Part shown: piece after piece, positions 19,704 to 29,344 of the stretch
How positions within the stretch are numbered: the first letter of the stretch is position 1
Layout: each line of letters starts with the position of its first letter
IMG/VR virus record: IMGVR_UViG_3300030202_003256
Location: 1,388-65,387 of that record
Source: a virus
Lineage: Duplodnaviria > Caudoviricetes
Strand: one strand, 5' to 3'
Length of the DNA: 64,000 bases
Notes under the pieces: model-generated
Database searches by the model: none
Seen by the model: the letters and a program-made list of their open reading frames with translations, nothing else
What the model was told of the DNA's origin: nothing
Program-made: the position numbers and the translations under genes

Positions 19704-20289
19704 TTTTATATTTTATTATTTTTTCTTCCCAACCCATATTAGTATTCCAACCATGTATCCATTTTGTTGGGTGACCAATAGGTAGGTTATGTTCTAAATC
19801 GTAAGTGTTCTCAAATAAAGATAATTTTTCTTTGGATAAAGTTAAAGGGGTTGGGTGTTTTATGGGGTTAAACACAAATAACTTATCTACAATACCTTTA
19901 TTCTCTAATATAGATTTTACTGCTTCATGTACTTGTACATGATGATAATGACCATATTCACCAGATTCACCGTGAGTTAAAATCATAGACCATTCTTTAC
20001 TATTTATCTTCTCTTGTATCGGTGTAAATATATCACCGTTAATAGGATTGGCCTGGTCATTAGACCTCCAACCCGTATCTATAAAATCTAACATTGTTGT
20101 GTTGCATTCTAGATAATCACTAACATTTTCTAAAAACATTGGTATTCTAAATTTACTTTGGTGGTCTGGTGTTACTACACAAAGTATATCCCATTGACCT
20201 TTTTCTTTTAATAGTTTTTCACCAGCCCAAATCAATTCATCATCTGCATGAGCCACAACCATTAATTTATTTGTATTTTTATATCTCAT
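19696..20289 (-). CDS. PIG-L/LmbE-family N-deacetylase
   Basis: VVAHADDE and THGESGEYGHYHH metal-binding motifs. Confidence 0.85.
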   Translation of the reverse strand: MRYKNTNKLMVVAHADDELIWAGEKLLKEKGQWDILCVVTPDHQSKFRIPMFLENVSDYLECNTTMLDFIDTGWRSNDQANPINGDIFTPIQEKINSKEWSMILTHGESGEYGHYHHVQVHEAVKSILENKGIVDKLFVFNPIKHPTPLTLSKEKLSLFENTYDLEHNLPIGHPTKWIHGWNTNMGWEEKIIKYKNE

Positions 20290-20837
20290 TTCTTTTTTAA
20301 AAATCTAATGTCCCATACTGTACCCCATCTAGGACATTCCACAACTTCGTGAGAATTAAACCCCATAACGGGAACCAATTCAAAATTAGGAAATACAAAC
20401 TCATCCACATTAATTTTATATTCCAAATCCTCTTCAACCCTATCCCCATGTAAAATATACAAACCACCGGGTTTTAACAATTTAAGTATAGTGTCGATAT
20501 ATTTTTTTTGTTCTTCTTGAGAGAATCTAATCCCATTCCAACCCAATACCCCAAAATCTAATATACAATCAAATTTATTTTCATTACCAGGATATTTTTC
20601 CAAACATTCTTGTAAAGTACAATGGAAAAATCCATCATTATTTGTACAAATTCTATTAGGTTCTAATTGCCAATATTCAACAGAGTCATTTTTGATGAAC
20701 TTATTACAATCAAAATTATAATCCTCAACACCTAAATCTAGGATGGTTCCTTGATTGATGTATGACCCTATGTTATCGTATATTTTTTTAATAAAAATTT
20801 TATCTGTCGCCGTGGACCAGTGTGAATGTGAACTCAT
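20286..20837 (-). CDS. Class I SAM-dependent methyltransferase
   Basis: ILDLGV, FDCILD, LLKPGGLYI. Confidence 0.8.
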   Translation of the reverse strand: MSSHSHWSTATDKIFIKKIYDNIGSYINQGTILDLGVEDYNFDCNKFIKNDSVEYWQLEPNRICTNNDGFFHCTLQECLEKYPGNENKFDCILDFGVLGWNGIRFSQEEQKKYIDTILKLLKPGGLYILHGDRVEEDLEYKINVDEFVFPNFELVPVMGFNSHEVVECPRWGTVWDIRFLKKK

Positions 20838-20839
20838 AG

Positions 20840-21595
20840 TTATTGGTAATTGCTCATTACAGGGTAGGTTAAATCCTGGTCTATATTTTTATGGTATTTT
20901 AAAGTTAATGGGTGGTATACATGTCCGTGTAGTACTGCCCAAGGTATTGGGTATTTAGATTTTTCTCCCGTATTTGGGTTTATGTGGTTATGGGAATCTC
21001 TAGGCCATTGAAATGGATATTTTTTTAATTCTTCTAAATACCCATCCATCTTTTCATTTAACGCATTCCACCAATCACGAGTAAAAGGAGTGTCTTTTTT
21101 ACAAATCATTAAACCACACCCGATTAATTTAGTCCAGTTATCTCTTAAATGTTGTGATGTCCAAGAACTACCATCTTTACTAAGTGTGTATTCTCTACAC
21201 TTTATTGATTTTTTTGGGTCTAACCTACAGTCTTCTAGACAAGCTGCATGATTTGGTTCTCTTTCAGCATAACCTATAGCATACAGATTTTCGTCTTTAT
21301 TTAATCTGTCAAAGTATTCAGTCCAAGGTTTGGATGTTTGTTTAATATCACTATACCCACCACCATAGTGATGCATAAAATAACATTTTAAATAATCCCC
21401 TTTTTGTATTGGTGAAAGATATTGGTATCCTTCATGTAATGGATAATCTGTTAAGATATAATTTTTTAAATTATTCTTATCTATAAACACGATATTACCT
21501 CCAGGGGCTATTTTCATTGATTCTAAGGACCTTTTTCTATTTTCTGATAGTTCGTTATCACCAGTCCACCAACAGTACGTAGTGTAGTTTTTCAT
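20840..21595 (-). CDS. GT32-like glycosyltransferase
   Basis: YCWWTG, GDYLKCYFMHHYGGGYSDIK. Confidence 0.75.
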   Translation of the reverse strand: MKNYTTYCWWTGDNELSENRKRSLESMKIAPGGNIVFIDKNNLKNYILTDYPLHEGYQYLSPIQKGDYLKCYFMHHYGGGYSDIKQTSKPWTEYFDRLNKDENLYAIGYAEREPNHAACLEDCRLDPKKSIKCREYTLSKDGSSWTSQHLRDNWTKLIGCGLMICKKDTPFTRDWWNALNEKMDGYLEELKKYPFQWPRDSHNHINPNTGEKSKYPIPWAVLHGHVYHPLTLKYHKNIDQDLTYPVMSNYQ

Positions 21596-21596
21596 C

Positions 21597-22247
21597 TTAT
21601 AAATTATAATTCATTAATATTTCGTCGTAGTAAAATACATTATATTCTTTTTTCATTAATTCACCAGCAAATTTACAATCAGCAGCTCTTCTATCATACT
21701 GATATTTTACATTTTCTGAAATATATTTTTTTATTGTTATAGGTCCATGTGCTATATTACATTCTTCGTTTGCACGAAGCTGTCCACCACCCAAACCATT
21801 ATCTGGATTCCACCAACACTTAAAAACCTTATTAGTCTCAAAACTTAAATCATTAAATTTTTTACTATCTGTTTGGTAACTATGTACTAGGGCATCACAA
21901 TCGTAATCGTTAAAAATTTCTTTAGTAATTTCTATTCTCTGTGGGTGTGGTATATCGTCCACGTCAAAGAATTGAACTACTTCCATGTTTGATTTTTCTG
22001 CCCCCTCATTTCTAGCTTGTCCTTCAGAATGCCTTTCTGTAGAATTAACCGAAATTACTGGGACCTCCTTACCAGAAATTAATACAGTGTCAATATCCAA
22101 TAGTGTTTCTTCTTCCATACCACTAGAAGATATTATTAATTCATCAGGAGCTACAGTTTGTTTTTTAACTTCATTTAACAAACTATCTAATAAATGATAA
22201 TCACCATCATAACATGTTATACATAAAGATAGTGTCCTATTTTTCAT
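21597..22247 (-). CDS. Glycosyltransferase, GT2
   Basis: QTVAPDELII, ARNEG, FFDVDD. Confidence 0.85.
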   Translation of the reverse strand: MKNRTLSLCITCYDGDYHLLDSLLNEVKKQTVAPDELIISSSGMEEETLLDIDTVLISGKEVPVISVNSTERHSEGQARNEGAEKSNMEVVQFFDVDDIPHPQRIEITKEIFNDYDCDALVHSYQTDSKKFNDLSFETNKVFKCWWNPDNGLGGGQLRANEECNIAHGPITIKKYISENVKYQYDRRAADCKFAGELMKKEYNVFYYDEILMNYNL

Positions 22248-23154
22248 TTTTTAAAGTTTTTTTAATCCATTTATTTAAATCCCCTTCAGGTGACCAATCC
22301 AAATCTAAAACTATTTTTGCATTTTCAGCCACAGAATCCTTAGGTTCAATTCTAGTCTCACCATATTTTTTATCACCACCAAACATATCAGCTATCTGAT
22401 TAACAGTAAAAGCTTTACCTGTACCTACGTTGAATATTTCACCGTTTAGATTTTTTGTTGACTCCGCACACAAAATATTTGCTTTAATAATATCGGTTAC
22501 ATGTACAAAATCTCTTTTTTGTTCACCATCGTTCACAATATTAAGTGGTTGATTTTTTTCACTTTGTTCTATAAAAACAGATATTACACTTCGATAAGCC
22601 CCCTTACTAGACATTCTATTACCATACGCATTAAAATACCTTAAACACACAGTATCTAAATTGTATAGATTTGAGTATAACTTACAGTATTGTTCACCAA
22701 CCAATTTATGTAGAGCATAAGGACTTAATGGGTTTATTGGGTGGTTTTCATCTATAGGTGTATAAGTAGGATTACCATAAACAGCGGAACTACTACTAAA
22801 TACAAATCTTTTTGCCCCTATAATTCTACTTAAATCTAAAGTATTAATTAAAGAATCTACATTATTATTGTCTGTGGGATTTTCTATTGAATATTGTACT
22901 TGTGGTGTAGCGGCCAAATGAAATACCGTATCCACATTCTTAAAAAACTTCATAGGGTATAACTCCCAATGAAACTTATTGATATTCATAGTACTCAAGT
23001 CAATATTTACGTGTACCGCTTTTGGGTTCAGGTTTTCTTTTTTCCCAGAAGATAGGTTATCAATCACAATAACTGACACACCTTTAGATATTAATTCATC
23101 TACTAAATGTGAACCTATAAATCCAGCTCCTCCCGTAACAACTACTTTTTGCAT
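22237..23154 (-). CDS. NAD-dependent nucleotide-sugar epimerase/dehydratase
   Basis: TGGAGFIGSH, SSSAVYG, YALHK, LRYFN, RDFVHV. Confidence 0.9.
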   Translation of the reverse strand: MQKVVVTGGAGFIGSHLVDELISKGVSVIVIDNLSSGKKENLNPKAVHVNIDLSTMNINKFHWELYPMKFFKNVDTVFHLAATPQVQYSIENPTDNNNVDSLINTLDLSRIIGAKRFVFSSSSAVYGNPTYTPIDENHPINPLSPYALHKLVGEQYCKLYSNLYNLDTVCLRYFNAYGNRMSSKGAYRSVISVFIEQSEKNQPLNIVNDGEQKRDFVHVTDIIKANILCAESTKNLNGEIFNVGTGKAFTVNQIADMFGGDKKYGETRIEPKDSVAENAKIVLDLDWSPEGDLNKWIKKTLKNEK

Positions 23155-23155
23155 G

Positions 23156-23791
23156 TCAAATTATTTTTTTACATAGACACTGATAAGCTCTCTCATCAGT
23201 ATTAATAGTTATATTATTTTTATTACTTAAATCATAACACAAAAAATTATATCGGTTAATCAATAAGTCTTTTATCTTATCCCAGTCATCATCAAAATGA
23301 CACTCTATAATTATATTTTTAATCCTACTATGTATTTTAGATAGACCCTCTAAAACTTTTATCTCAGCACCCTCAACATCAATTTTTATTAAATCTATAG
23401 TAGTTTCATTTATTAGTAATGTATCTAATCTAATACTAGACACAGAACCAATTTTAAAATTATCTATTGGTTCACCATTGCTATTTTTACCAATTATGTT
23501 AGTTGTGTGCGTATGTGACATCGTGCCGTCGTGATACACAGGTTCAACACCATCAATGTTAGAAGCAGCTTTATTAAGTAAAACTACATTATCTGATAAG
23601 TTGTATTTTTTATACAATCTATTAAAGTTGACCGGATGTACTTCTAAAACGTATACCTTACCAGAATCATCTAATGTTTCTAAAAAAAAATTACAGTAAG
23701 TACCTATATGTGCTCCGACATCTACAACAACACTATTGTTCTTTATAACTTTAGCAATTTCCTTGAAGTTTAGTTCGTCATGATGGTCCAT
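23156..23791 (-). CDS. FkbM-family methyltransferase
   Basis: VVDVGAHIG, IDLIKIDVEGAE. Confidence 0.9.
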   Translation of the reverse strand: MDHHDELNFKEIAKVIKNNSVVVDVGAHIGTYCNFFLETLDDSGKVYVLEVHPVNFNRLYKKYNLSDNVVLLNKAASNIDGVEPVYHDGTMSHTHTTNIIGKNSNGEPIDNFKIGSVSSIRLDTLLINETTIDLIKIDVEGAEIKVLEGLSKIHSRIKNIIIECHFDDDWDKIKDLLINRYNFLCYDLSNKNNITINTDERAYQCLCKKII

Positions 23792-23794
23792 ACT

Positions 23795-23825
23795 AAAATA
23801 TATATATTATTTTTATATTCGTAAA
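23795..23825 (-). promoter_or_regulatory. Host-type (early/middle) promoter
   Basis: TTTA-N19-TATATTTT, 3 nt before ATG 23791. Confidence 0.45.
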
Positions 23826-23829
23826 TATT

Positions 23830-24657
23830 TTAATCTAAAAATTGAGAACCAAACGTGATAAGGTCCTTATTATAATTTTCTTTTATAAACTTTAAATAAC
23901 CTTTGTGTTCACACATTTTATCATACACAGTGTAATCAAATTTAATACCCCCTAATATTTTTTCAGGTGTTTTAATTGACATAAAATCTAAATTGTTAAC
24001 TACAGGGTCATATCTTTGGTTTATAAATGTAACTGGGTGGTTGTATTTAACATATTCATAATGTTTGTACCATAATTGTTTTAAAGCATAAAACCTAGTA
24101 TTAATTGATTGTAGATGAATTACACCATAATCTTTAGTGTATTTTTTTCGTAGACTTACCTGTGGTGTCCTCGGAGTATGATACTTCCATAAAGCTAAAT
24201 TAAATTTACCAGTGTACTTAAGTGGTAAGATAAAACTACGGTGATTACTTACATAAGACGGGTCATTCCTAGTCTCCCCTAAAGTATTGTTAACAACATT
24301 GTACCAATATAGGTAAGTATCCTCCGTTTCATAACTGTTAATAACATCGGTAAAGTTATTGACTAGGTTATCCGATAATAATTCATCACAATCCATAGCA
24401 ATAACATGTGTAGCACCATTTTCTCTACTATACTCTAACATTCTAGACCTATTATGAGACTCATTAAATTCTTCTAACCCATCATTAATAATGACAGCTC
24501 TATCACCTAAATGATTTTTTATAGTATTAACCGTATCGTCGGTTGAATTATCATTATAGAACACGAATTTTTCTATAGGATAATTAACCCATATAGGTAA
24601 TAATTCAGTTAACAATAACTCCTCATTTTTTGTCATTACATTAGCGTGTACTCTCAT
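23830..24657 (-). CDS. Glycosyltransferase, GT2-like
   Basis: MTKNEE, NDNSTDDT, MDCDE. Confidence 0.8.
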   Translation of the reverse strand: MRVHANVMTKNEELLLTELLPIWVNYPIEKFVFYNDNSTDDTVNTIKNHLGDRAVIINDGLEEFNESHNRSRMLEYSRENGATHVIAMDCDELLSDNLVNNFTDVINSYETEDTYLYWYNVVNNTLGETRNDPSYVSNHRSFILPLKYTGKFNLALWKYHTPRTPQVSLRKKYTKDYGVIHLQSINTRFYALKQLWYKHYEYVKYNHPVTFINQRYDPVVNNLDFMSIKTPEKILGGIKFDYTVYDKMCEHKGYLKFIKENYNKDLITFGSQFLD

Positions 24658-24661
24658 AGTT

Positions 24662-25354
24662 CTATATTATATTGTATAGATTAATGTATACATAATCAGT
24701 AAAATATGCATCATCATCTAATATTTTATCATCCCCATCATAAGCTTGACCTATAAAATGTTTTGGGTCTCTTTTAAATTTATAAGGTTTAGATGGACCA
24801 AAAACATGACTAAAAAATTCGTCATGAGTAAATGAGTTTTGACTAACTAAAGGCCAAATTTTTTCTCTTAGAAAGTTTTGGTCTACTTGCCAAAAATCAC
24901 CTTTTACATAATCGGATATTAACTCATTCATATTAGTTAAAACGTTTGCTTTGACACCCCACATACCACCTAAAATTTCTGTAGAATGATAAGGGTGGTC
25001 TCTCATAATATGAAAGTCAAAATCGCTATCTAACCACTCCTCTACAGCATACTTTTCTCTTAAAGTTAACCTACTATCAGTATCTCTAGATAACATAACA
25101 CTAACACTCTTGTCTGCAGCGGCACTAAAACGCCAAAACATCCCAGTCCAATCACCTTCAACACCCATATCTATAATTTCTACATTATCAAACAACCTCA
25201 ACTTATCAACTATATCTTTAGGTGTACTAGTACCAACGTAAAACCTACAAATCCAATCAGGGTATATTAGTTTGGCCAATTCAACATTTCTAATAGCTCC
25301 TTTAGTATACCTTGGGTCTTCACCCCATAAACTAAAACAAATTACTTTTTTCAT
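24662..25354 (-). CDS. Putative glycosyltransferase
   Basis: KKVICFSLWG, MFWRF, SRDTDSR, HIMRDH, GGMWG, DQNFL. Confidence 0.6.
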   Translation of the reverse strand: MKKVICFSLWGEDPRYTKGAIRNVELAKLIYPDWICRFYVGTSTPKDIVDKLRLFDNVEIIDMGVEGDWTGMFWRFSAAADKSVSVMLSRDTDSRLTLREKYAVEEWLDSDFDFHIMRDHPYHSTEILGGMWGVKANVLTNMNELISDYVKGDFWQVDQNFLREKIWPLVSQNSFTHDEFFSHVFGPSKPYKFKRDPKHFIGQAYDGDDKILDDDAYFTDYVYINLYNII

Positions 25355-26055
25355 CTATATAGTTTTCTTATTTCGGTATCTTGACTAACATGTTCTTGTA
25401 ATGTAGAACGGTCAGAACTGACACCTTTAGGATTGTCGTAGTAAGTACCCACATAATCATTTAATTTTAAAAACTTACAACCTTTTTTAGATAATCTTAA
25501 CCACATTTCGTAATCACCAGAAATAGTATATTTTGGGTTAAATAGTCCATTTTTAACTATTGTGGATTTTTTTAATATAGGGAAGGGACCAAATATACAA
25601 TTAGCTAAAAGTGTCTGGTGAGTATAGTTAGGCCAATTTTGTATGCCTTTTATAATTGTGTGTTTTTCATCACCACAAACCAGACTATTAGCATAAGTGA
25701 TGTCCACTTCAGGGTTTTGTACCATTGTTTGGTATAAAGTTAGTAATCCACCAGGAAATAACCTGTCATCGGTATTAAAATTTATTACAAAATCAGTGTC
25801 ACTAGACTCTATAGCCATATTCCAAGCTTCGTAAATAGTAACTCTAGTTTTATTTTCTATAACTTTTTTAGTTATCCCGTCTCTAAACTTATAATTTTTA
25901 ATTGTTTTTAGGGAGTGGTCTGTAGAATTAGCGTCTACAAATATTATTGTAAAATTTTCTAGTAATTGGTTATTTACCGACTCCAGATAACCGTCAATCC
26001 ACCTATCTGAATTATAGTTTGAACATAGTACTGTTAGATTATCCATATTATACAA
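25351..26055 (-). CDS. Glycosyltransferase, GT2
   Basis: VDANSTD, AWN, NTDD, GDYEMWLR. Confidence 0.9.
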   Translation of the reverse strand: MYNMDNLTVLCSNYNSDRWIDGYLESVNNQLLENFTIIFVDANSTDHSLKTIKNYKFRDGITKKVIENKTRVTIYEAWNMAIESSDTDFVINFNTDDRLFPGGLLTLYQTMVQNPEVDITYANSLVCGDEKHTIIKGIQNWPNYTHQTLLANCIFGPFPILKKSTIVKNGLFNPKYTISGDYEMWLRLSKKGCKFLKLNDYVGTYYDNPKGVSSDRSTLQEHVSQDTEIRKLYR

Positions 26056-27484
26056 ATGAGTTAAATGTGTTATTATCTAGTGGCATATAAATGGATTTTT
26101 TAGTTGGGTCTTCTATTAATCTATTTTTTAGTAATATTTTTTTATGGAGTGATTGTGTGTCTTTATTTGCTATGGTGGAAACAGTACCTTCACTTTCGTG
26201 ATGGAAATAAACAAATAGTGGTTTAGGTATCCTTTTCCCAACGTAACCCTTCTGCATCATTCTTAACCACATATCATAATCCTCCCATCCTTTTAATTCC
26301 TCATCATAACCATTTATAGAATCAAAAGCTTCTCTACTAAACATTGAACAATTAACAATAAAAGGACCATTAACTAATCTTTCTTTAGACCATTCCGGTC
26401 TCTTCTCCACCCCTTTCATTTGACCCTCATGTATAGTATCACAATATATAGGACTATAATTTTTATTTTGTTTTATGACTTTTAAACATTCCTCAACATA
26501 ATTGGGATGCATTAAGTCATCTGAATCTAGAGGTAATATATATTCTCCCTTAGAGGATTTAATACCCACATTACGTGCTTTTGAGGGACCTCCGTTTTCT
26601 TGGAAGATTACCTTTGTATTAGGTATCTCTAGGTTTTTAAGTTTTATCTTTGTAAATTCGTCAGTAGAACCATCATCAACTATGACTATCTCTATATTTT
26701 TGTGTGTTTGATTAAATACCGACATAAGAGCTCTATCTAAAGTTCTTCCGTAATTATAGACTGGAATTATAATAGAAACTAATGGGTCATTTTTTTTAGG
26801 TTTAAATTCTGGCATTACTAAACTAACCATAAGTGGTAAGTTTTCAGTATATTTTTCACTAAAAATAATTCTATTTTTTTCCCATTCTTGATTAGTCTGA
26901 CCTATAGAAAGATGAGTAATATCTATATTAGAAATAACACCAACCCTAACTCCTCTTAAAAAATTTTGTACACAAAAATTTAAATCATAAAAATGAAAAC
27001 CAGTAACTGACTCATCGAAAAACGTATCTAATTTATTTTTATTAACACCAAAAAATAAACCATCGACCAAAACTGAAGGTAGAATAGACGTTCCAAATCT
27101 TGGATTATATGTAGATAACCATCTTTTACCATCGTGTTCATGATAGACCTGGCCCATCATTTCTGAAGGTATCTCCCACCATTTTCCTGATTTTGGTAGG
27201 AATCTACATCCCGCAACACCTAATATTCCGTAATCAGATTTGTGAAAATGTTTAATTAGTTTTCTCCCCCAGTTTTTTGTGTCAAATTTTATGTCGTCAT
27301 GACAAAATAAAACAATATCATTTGTGGAATCTTTTAATCCCATGTTGTAGACTTCAGTTAATGAATATTTACCAGGATTTTCGTAAGGTAAAATTTCTAT
27401 TTTATGAACTCCTGATGTTGATTTTATTAGTTTTATAAAATCTTCATTTATTTTTTTTGTACTAAATACTACTGATAATGACAT
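26048..27484 (-). CDS. Two-domain glycosyltransferase (GT-A + GT2)
   Basis: N-domain FCHDD, VDGLF, FHFYD; C-domain VSIIIPVYN, VDDGSTD, ARN, LDSDD, EDYDMW. Confidence 0.9.
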   Translation of the reverse strand: MSLSVVFSTKKINEDFIKLIKSTSGVHKIEILPYENPGKYSLTEVYNMGLKDSTNDIVLFCHDDIKFDTKNWGRKLIKHFHKSDYGILGVAGCRFLPKSGKWWEIPSEMMGQVYHEHDGKRWLSTYNPRFGTSILPSVLVDGLFFGVNKNKLDTFFDESVTGFHFYDLNFCVQNFLRGVRVGVISNIDITHLSIGQTNQEWEKNRIIFSEKYTENLPLMVSLVMPEFKPKKNDPLVSIIIPVYNYGRTLDRALMSVFNQTHKNIEIVIVDDGSTDEFTKIKLKNLEIPNTKVIFQENGGPSKARNVGIKSSKGEYILPLDSDDLMHPNYVEECLKVIKQNKNYSPIYCDTIHEGQMKGVEKRPEWSKERLVNGPFIVNCSMFSREAFDSINGYDEELKGWEDYDMWLRMMQKGYVGKRIPKPLFVYFHHESEGTVSTIANKDTQSLHKKILLKNRLIEDPTKKSIYMPLDNNTFNSFV

Positions 27485-27487
27485 TTT

Positions 27488-28093
27488 TTAATTTATTCCT
27501 GTTGAACCGAACCCACCATCACTTCTGTTGGTTTCATTTAATTTATTTTTTTTATTTAATCTACACCATCTACCAGAAATTACTGGAGATACTACAGCTT
27601 GAGCAATTCTATCACCATGACTAATTTTGAAGTCTTCTTTACCTAGGTTTACTAAAATGACTTTAATTTCTCCTGTATAACCACGGTCTACCGTACCAGG
27701 TGTATTTAAAACAGTTATACCATTTTTTGCAGCCAAACCACTTCTTGGTCTAACCTGAATTTCCATACTTTCAGGTAATTCAAAATGTAAACCAGTTGGT
27801 ATTAATTTTATTTCACTAGATTTTAAAATAATATCACCCTCTAAGTTAGCTCTTAAATCCATACCACTATCATCTAGGTATTTATGTTTTGGGTCTTCGT
27901 TAGTAGACTTGTTTACAAAATTAACTTGTATTTTTAATTTTTCTTTAGCTCCTTCCACACTATCTTCTTCCATTTTTTTAATAGTTTCCTCATCTAGACC
28001 CACACTTCTAAGAATTGCTGAGTCATCCATTTTTTTTGGGTTATCCTTAGCTAAAGACATTATTTCTTTCCAGGTGTTACTATTTTTATCCAT
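27488..28093 (-). CDS. dut: Trimeric dUTPase
   Basis: SGMDL, RPRSG, GTVDRGYTGE, RIAQ, RSDGGFGSTG. Confidence 0.95.
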   Translation of the reverse strand: MDKNSNTWKEIMSLAKDNPKKMDDSAILRSVGLDEETIKKMEEDSVEGAKEKLKIQVNFVNKSTNEDPKHKYLDDSGMDLRANLEGDIILKSSEIKLIPTGLHFELPESMEIQVRPRSGLAAKNGITVLNTPGTVDRGYTGEIKVILVNLGKEDFKISHGDRIAQAVVSPVISGRWCRLNKKNKLNETNRSDGGFGSTGIN

Positions 28094-28316
28094 AGTATTT
28101 TGGTGTTAGTTGAGGGTGTAGAATATCCTCGAAGGGAGCTTTCACAATAGATACTATTTCTGAATCCCTAGTGTCTTCCGCTAAATAAGAAGCTAATCTT
28201 TTATTTACCTCAAAAAGAGATTCCGCTTCAACGATATATTTAAATTTTTTAACTTTCGCATTCCCTTCGTTATCTATAACTCCAGTTTCAAATGCTATAA
28301 TTGCTTGGTAATACAT
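28086..28316 (-). CDS. DUF4494-like protein
   Basis: GNAKVKKFKYIVEAESLFEV resembles the Bacteroidota DUF4494 pattern. Confidence 0.5.
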   Translation of the reverse strand: MYYQAIIAFETGVIDNEGNAKVKKFKYIVEAESLFEVNKRLASYLAEDTRDSEIVSIVKAPFEDILHPQLTPKYYG

Positions 28317-28322
28317 ATTTTT

Positions 28323-28502
28323 TTATCCTTTAAATTTTTCTGATTTATGTGTTCCATCACACATTGGTTGACTCTTGCTTTTACCACATCTACACAACGC
28401 ATAATTTTCACTAACTGTCACTTTTTTACCACCTTTAGTTACTGTGGTTTCTCCTTTGACCAATATAGGTCCATTTTCCATAATATTAATTTCTACTGCC
28501 AT
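28323..28502 (-). CDS. CDGSH iron-sulfur domain protein, 59 aa (not in ORF track)
   Basis: Hand translation MAVEINIMENGPILVKG..ALCRCGKSKSQPMCDGTHK; CxC-x9-CDG[ST]H. Confidence 0.9.
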   Translation of the reverse strand: MAVEINIMENGPILVKGETTVTKGGKKVTVSENYALCRCGKSKSQPMCDGTHKSEKFKG

Positions 28503-28512
28503 TTTTCTTTTT

Positions 28513-28764
28513 TTAATCTAATAAGACCATATAAGCCTCTTTATTATTTATTCTAAACCATTCTAAGGCTTTATGTAAATCAGCGACCATCTTAGGTGTG
28601 GTCATACCCATTTGTACAATCATTTGAGTGCCCATTATAAAGTCATACATTGACAATTCTTCACCGGTAAGTTTATATTCTTCTCCGGAAAAAGGATTTC
28701 GTACCTTATCCCCCTCTTCGTATACTTCACCGTCAAACCATTCTGGTAATTTATTTTTTTCCAT
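28513..28764 (-). CDS. Hypothetical protein
   Basis: ORF in track; likely start MEKNKLPEWF at 28764. Confidence 0.65.
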   Translation of the reverse strand: MEKNKLPEWFDGEVYEEGDKVRNPFSGEEYKLTGEELSMYDFIMGTQMIVQMGMTTPKMVADLHKALEWFRINNKEAYMVLLD

Positions 28765-28900
28765 TTTTATTTTTTTTGTCCCATTCATTTAAATCCTTCA
28801 TAAATTTTTTATGATTTTCTACTCTTTGACCTTCAGCTATAGCATACCTACCTAAATAATATATTCCCACTATAACTGTTAATAATATTAATGTCTCCAT
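28751..28900 (-). CDS. 49-aa single-TM protein (not in ORF track)
   Basis: METLILLTVIVGIYYLGRYAIAEG..; fills the operon gap exactly. Confidence 0.6.
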   Translation of the reverse strand: METLILLTVIVGIYYLGRYAIAEGQRVENHKKFMKDLNEWDKKNKNGKK

Positions 28901-28901
28901 T

Positions 28902-29333
28902 TTACATATATTCGTTAACCGCTTCGTAAATTAATTCTTGTTCTTCTTCATTAAAATTTTCTTCACCTTCTACAAATGTCGCGTCACCACCATGTTCATC
29001 ACTATATTCCTCTACTATAAACTTATGTTCACCATAAGAACCATAAGCTTCAAACTTAAATGCAAACCAAGTTTCATAATTGTTTTCGATATATACCTTA
29101 TCGTCACCGGCCTCATCAAGTGTGTCGACGTAAGTCATATCATCTAATTGTTCAAAAATAAAATCCTTATCTTCATCAGTGAAATTTTCTTCACCTTCCA
29201 TGTAAACAAGTTCTCTTTCGTCATTCATATCTTGCATACTAACTTTAAAATCTTTTCCTTTATACTTTCCAATGTAAGTGTGTTTGCCCTCTTCGTGGGT
29301 CTTTACTTTGTCATTAATTATTACTTCTGCCAT
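28902..29333 (-). CDS. Highly acidic protein with two tandem repeat domains
   Basis: EGEENF..IFE / EGEENF..IYE duplicated. Confidence 0.7.
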   Translation of the reverse strand: MAEVIINDKVKTHEEGKHTYIGKYKGKDFKVSMQDMNDERELVYMEGEENFTDEDKDFIFEQLDDMTYVDTLDEAGDDKVYIENNYETWFAFKFEAYGSYGEHKFIVEEYSDEHGGDATFVEGEENFNEEEQELIYEAVNEYM

Positions 29334-29344
29334 TTTTTTAATTT

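Noticed and set aside
28347-28556. Tracked plus-strand 69-aa ORF
   Set aside because: Antisense to the CDGSH gene, which has a clear motif and fits the minus-strand operon
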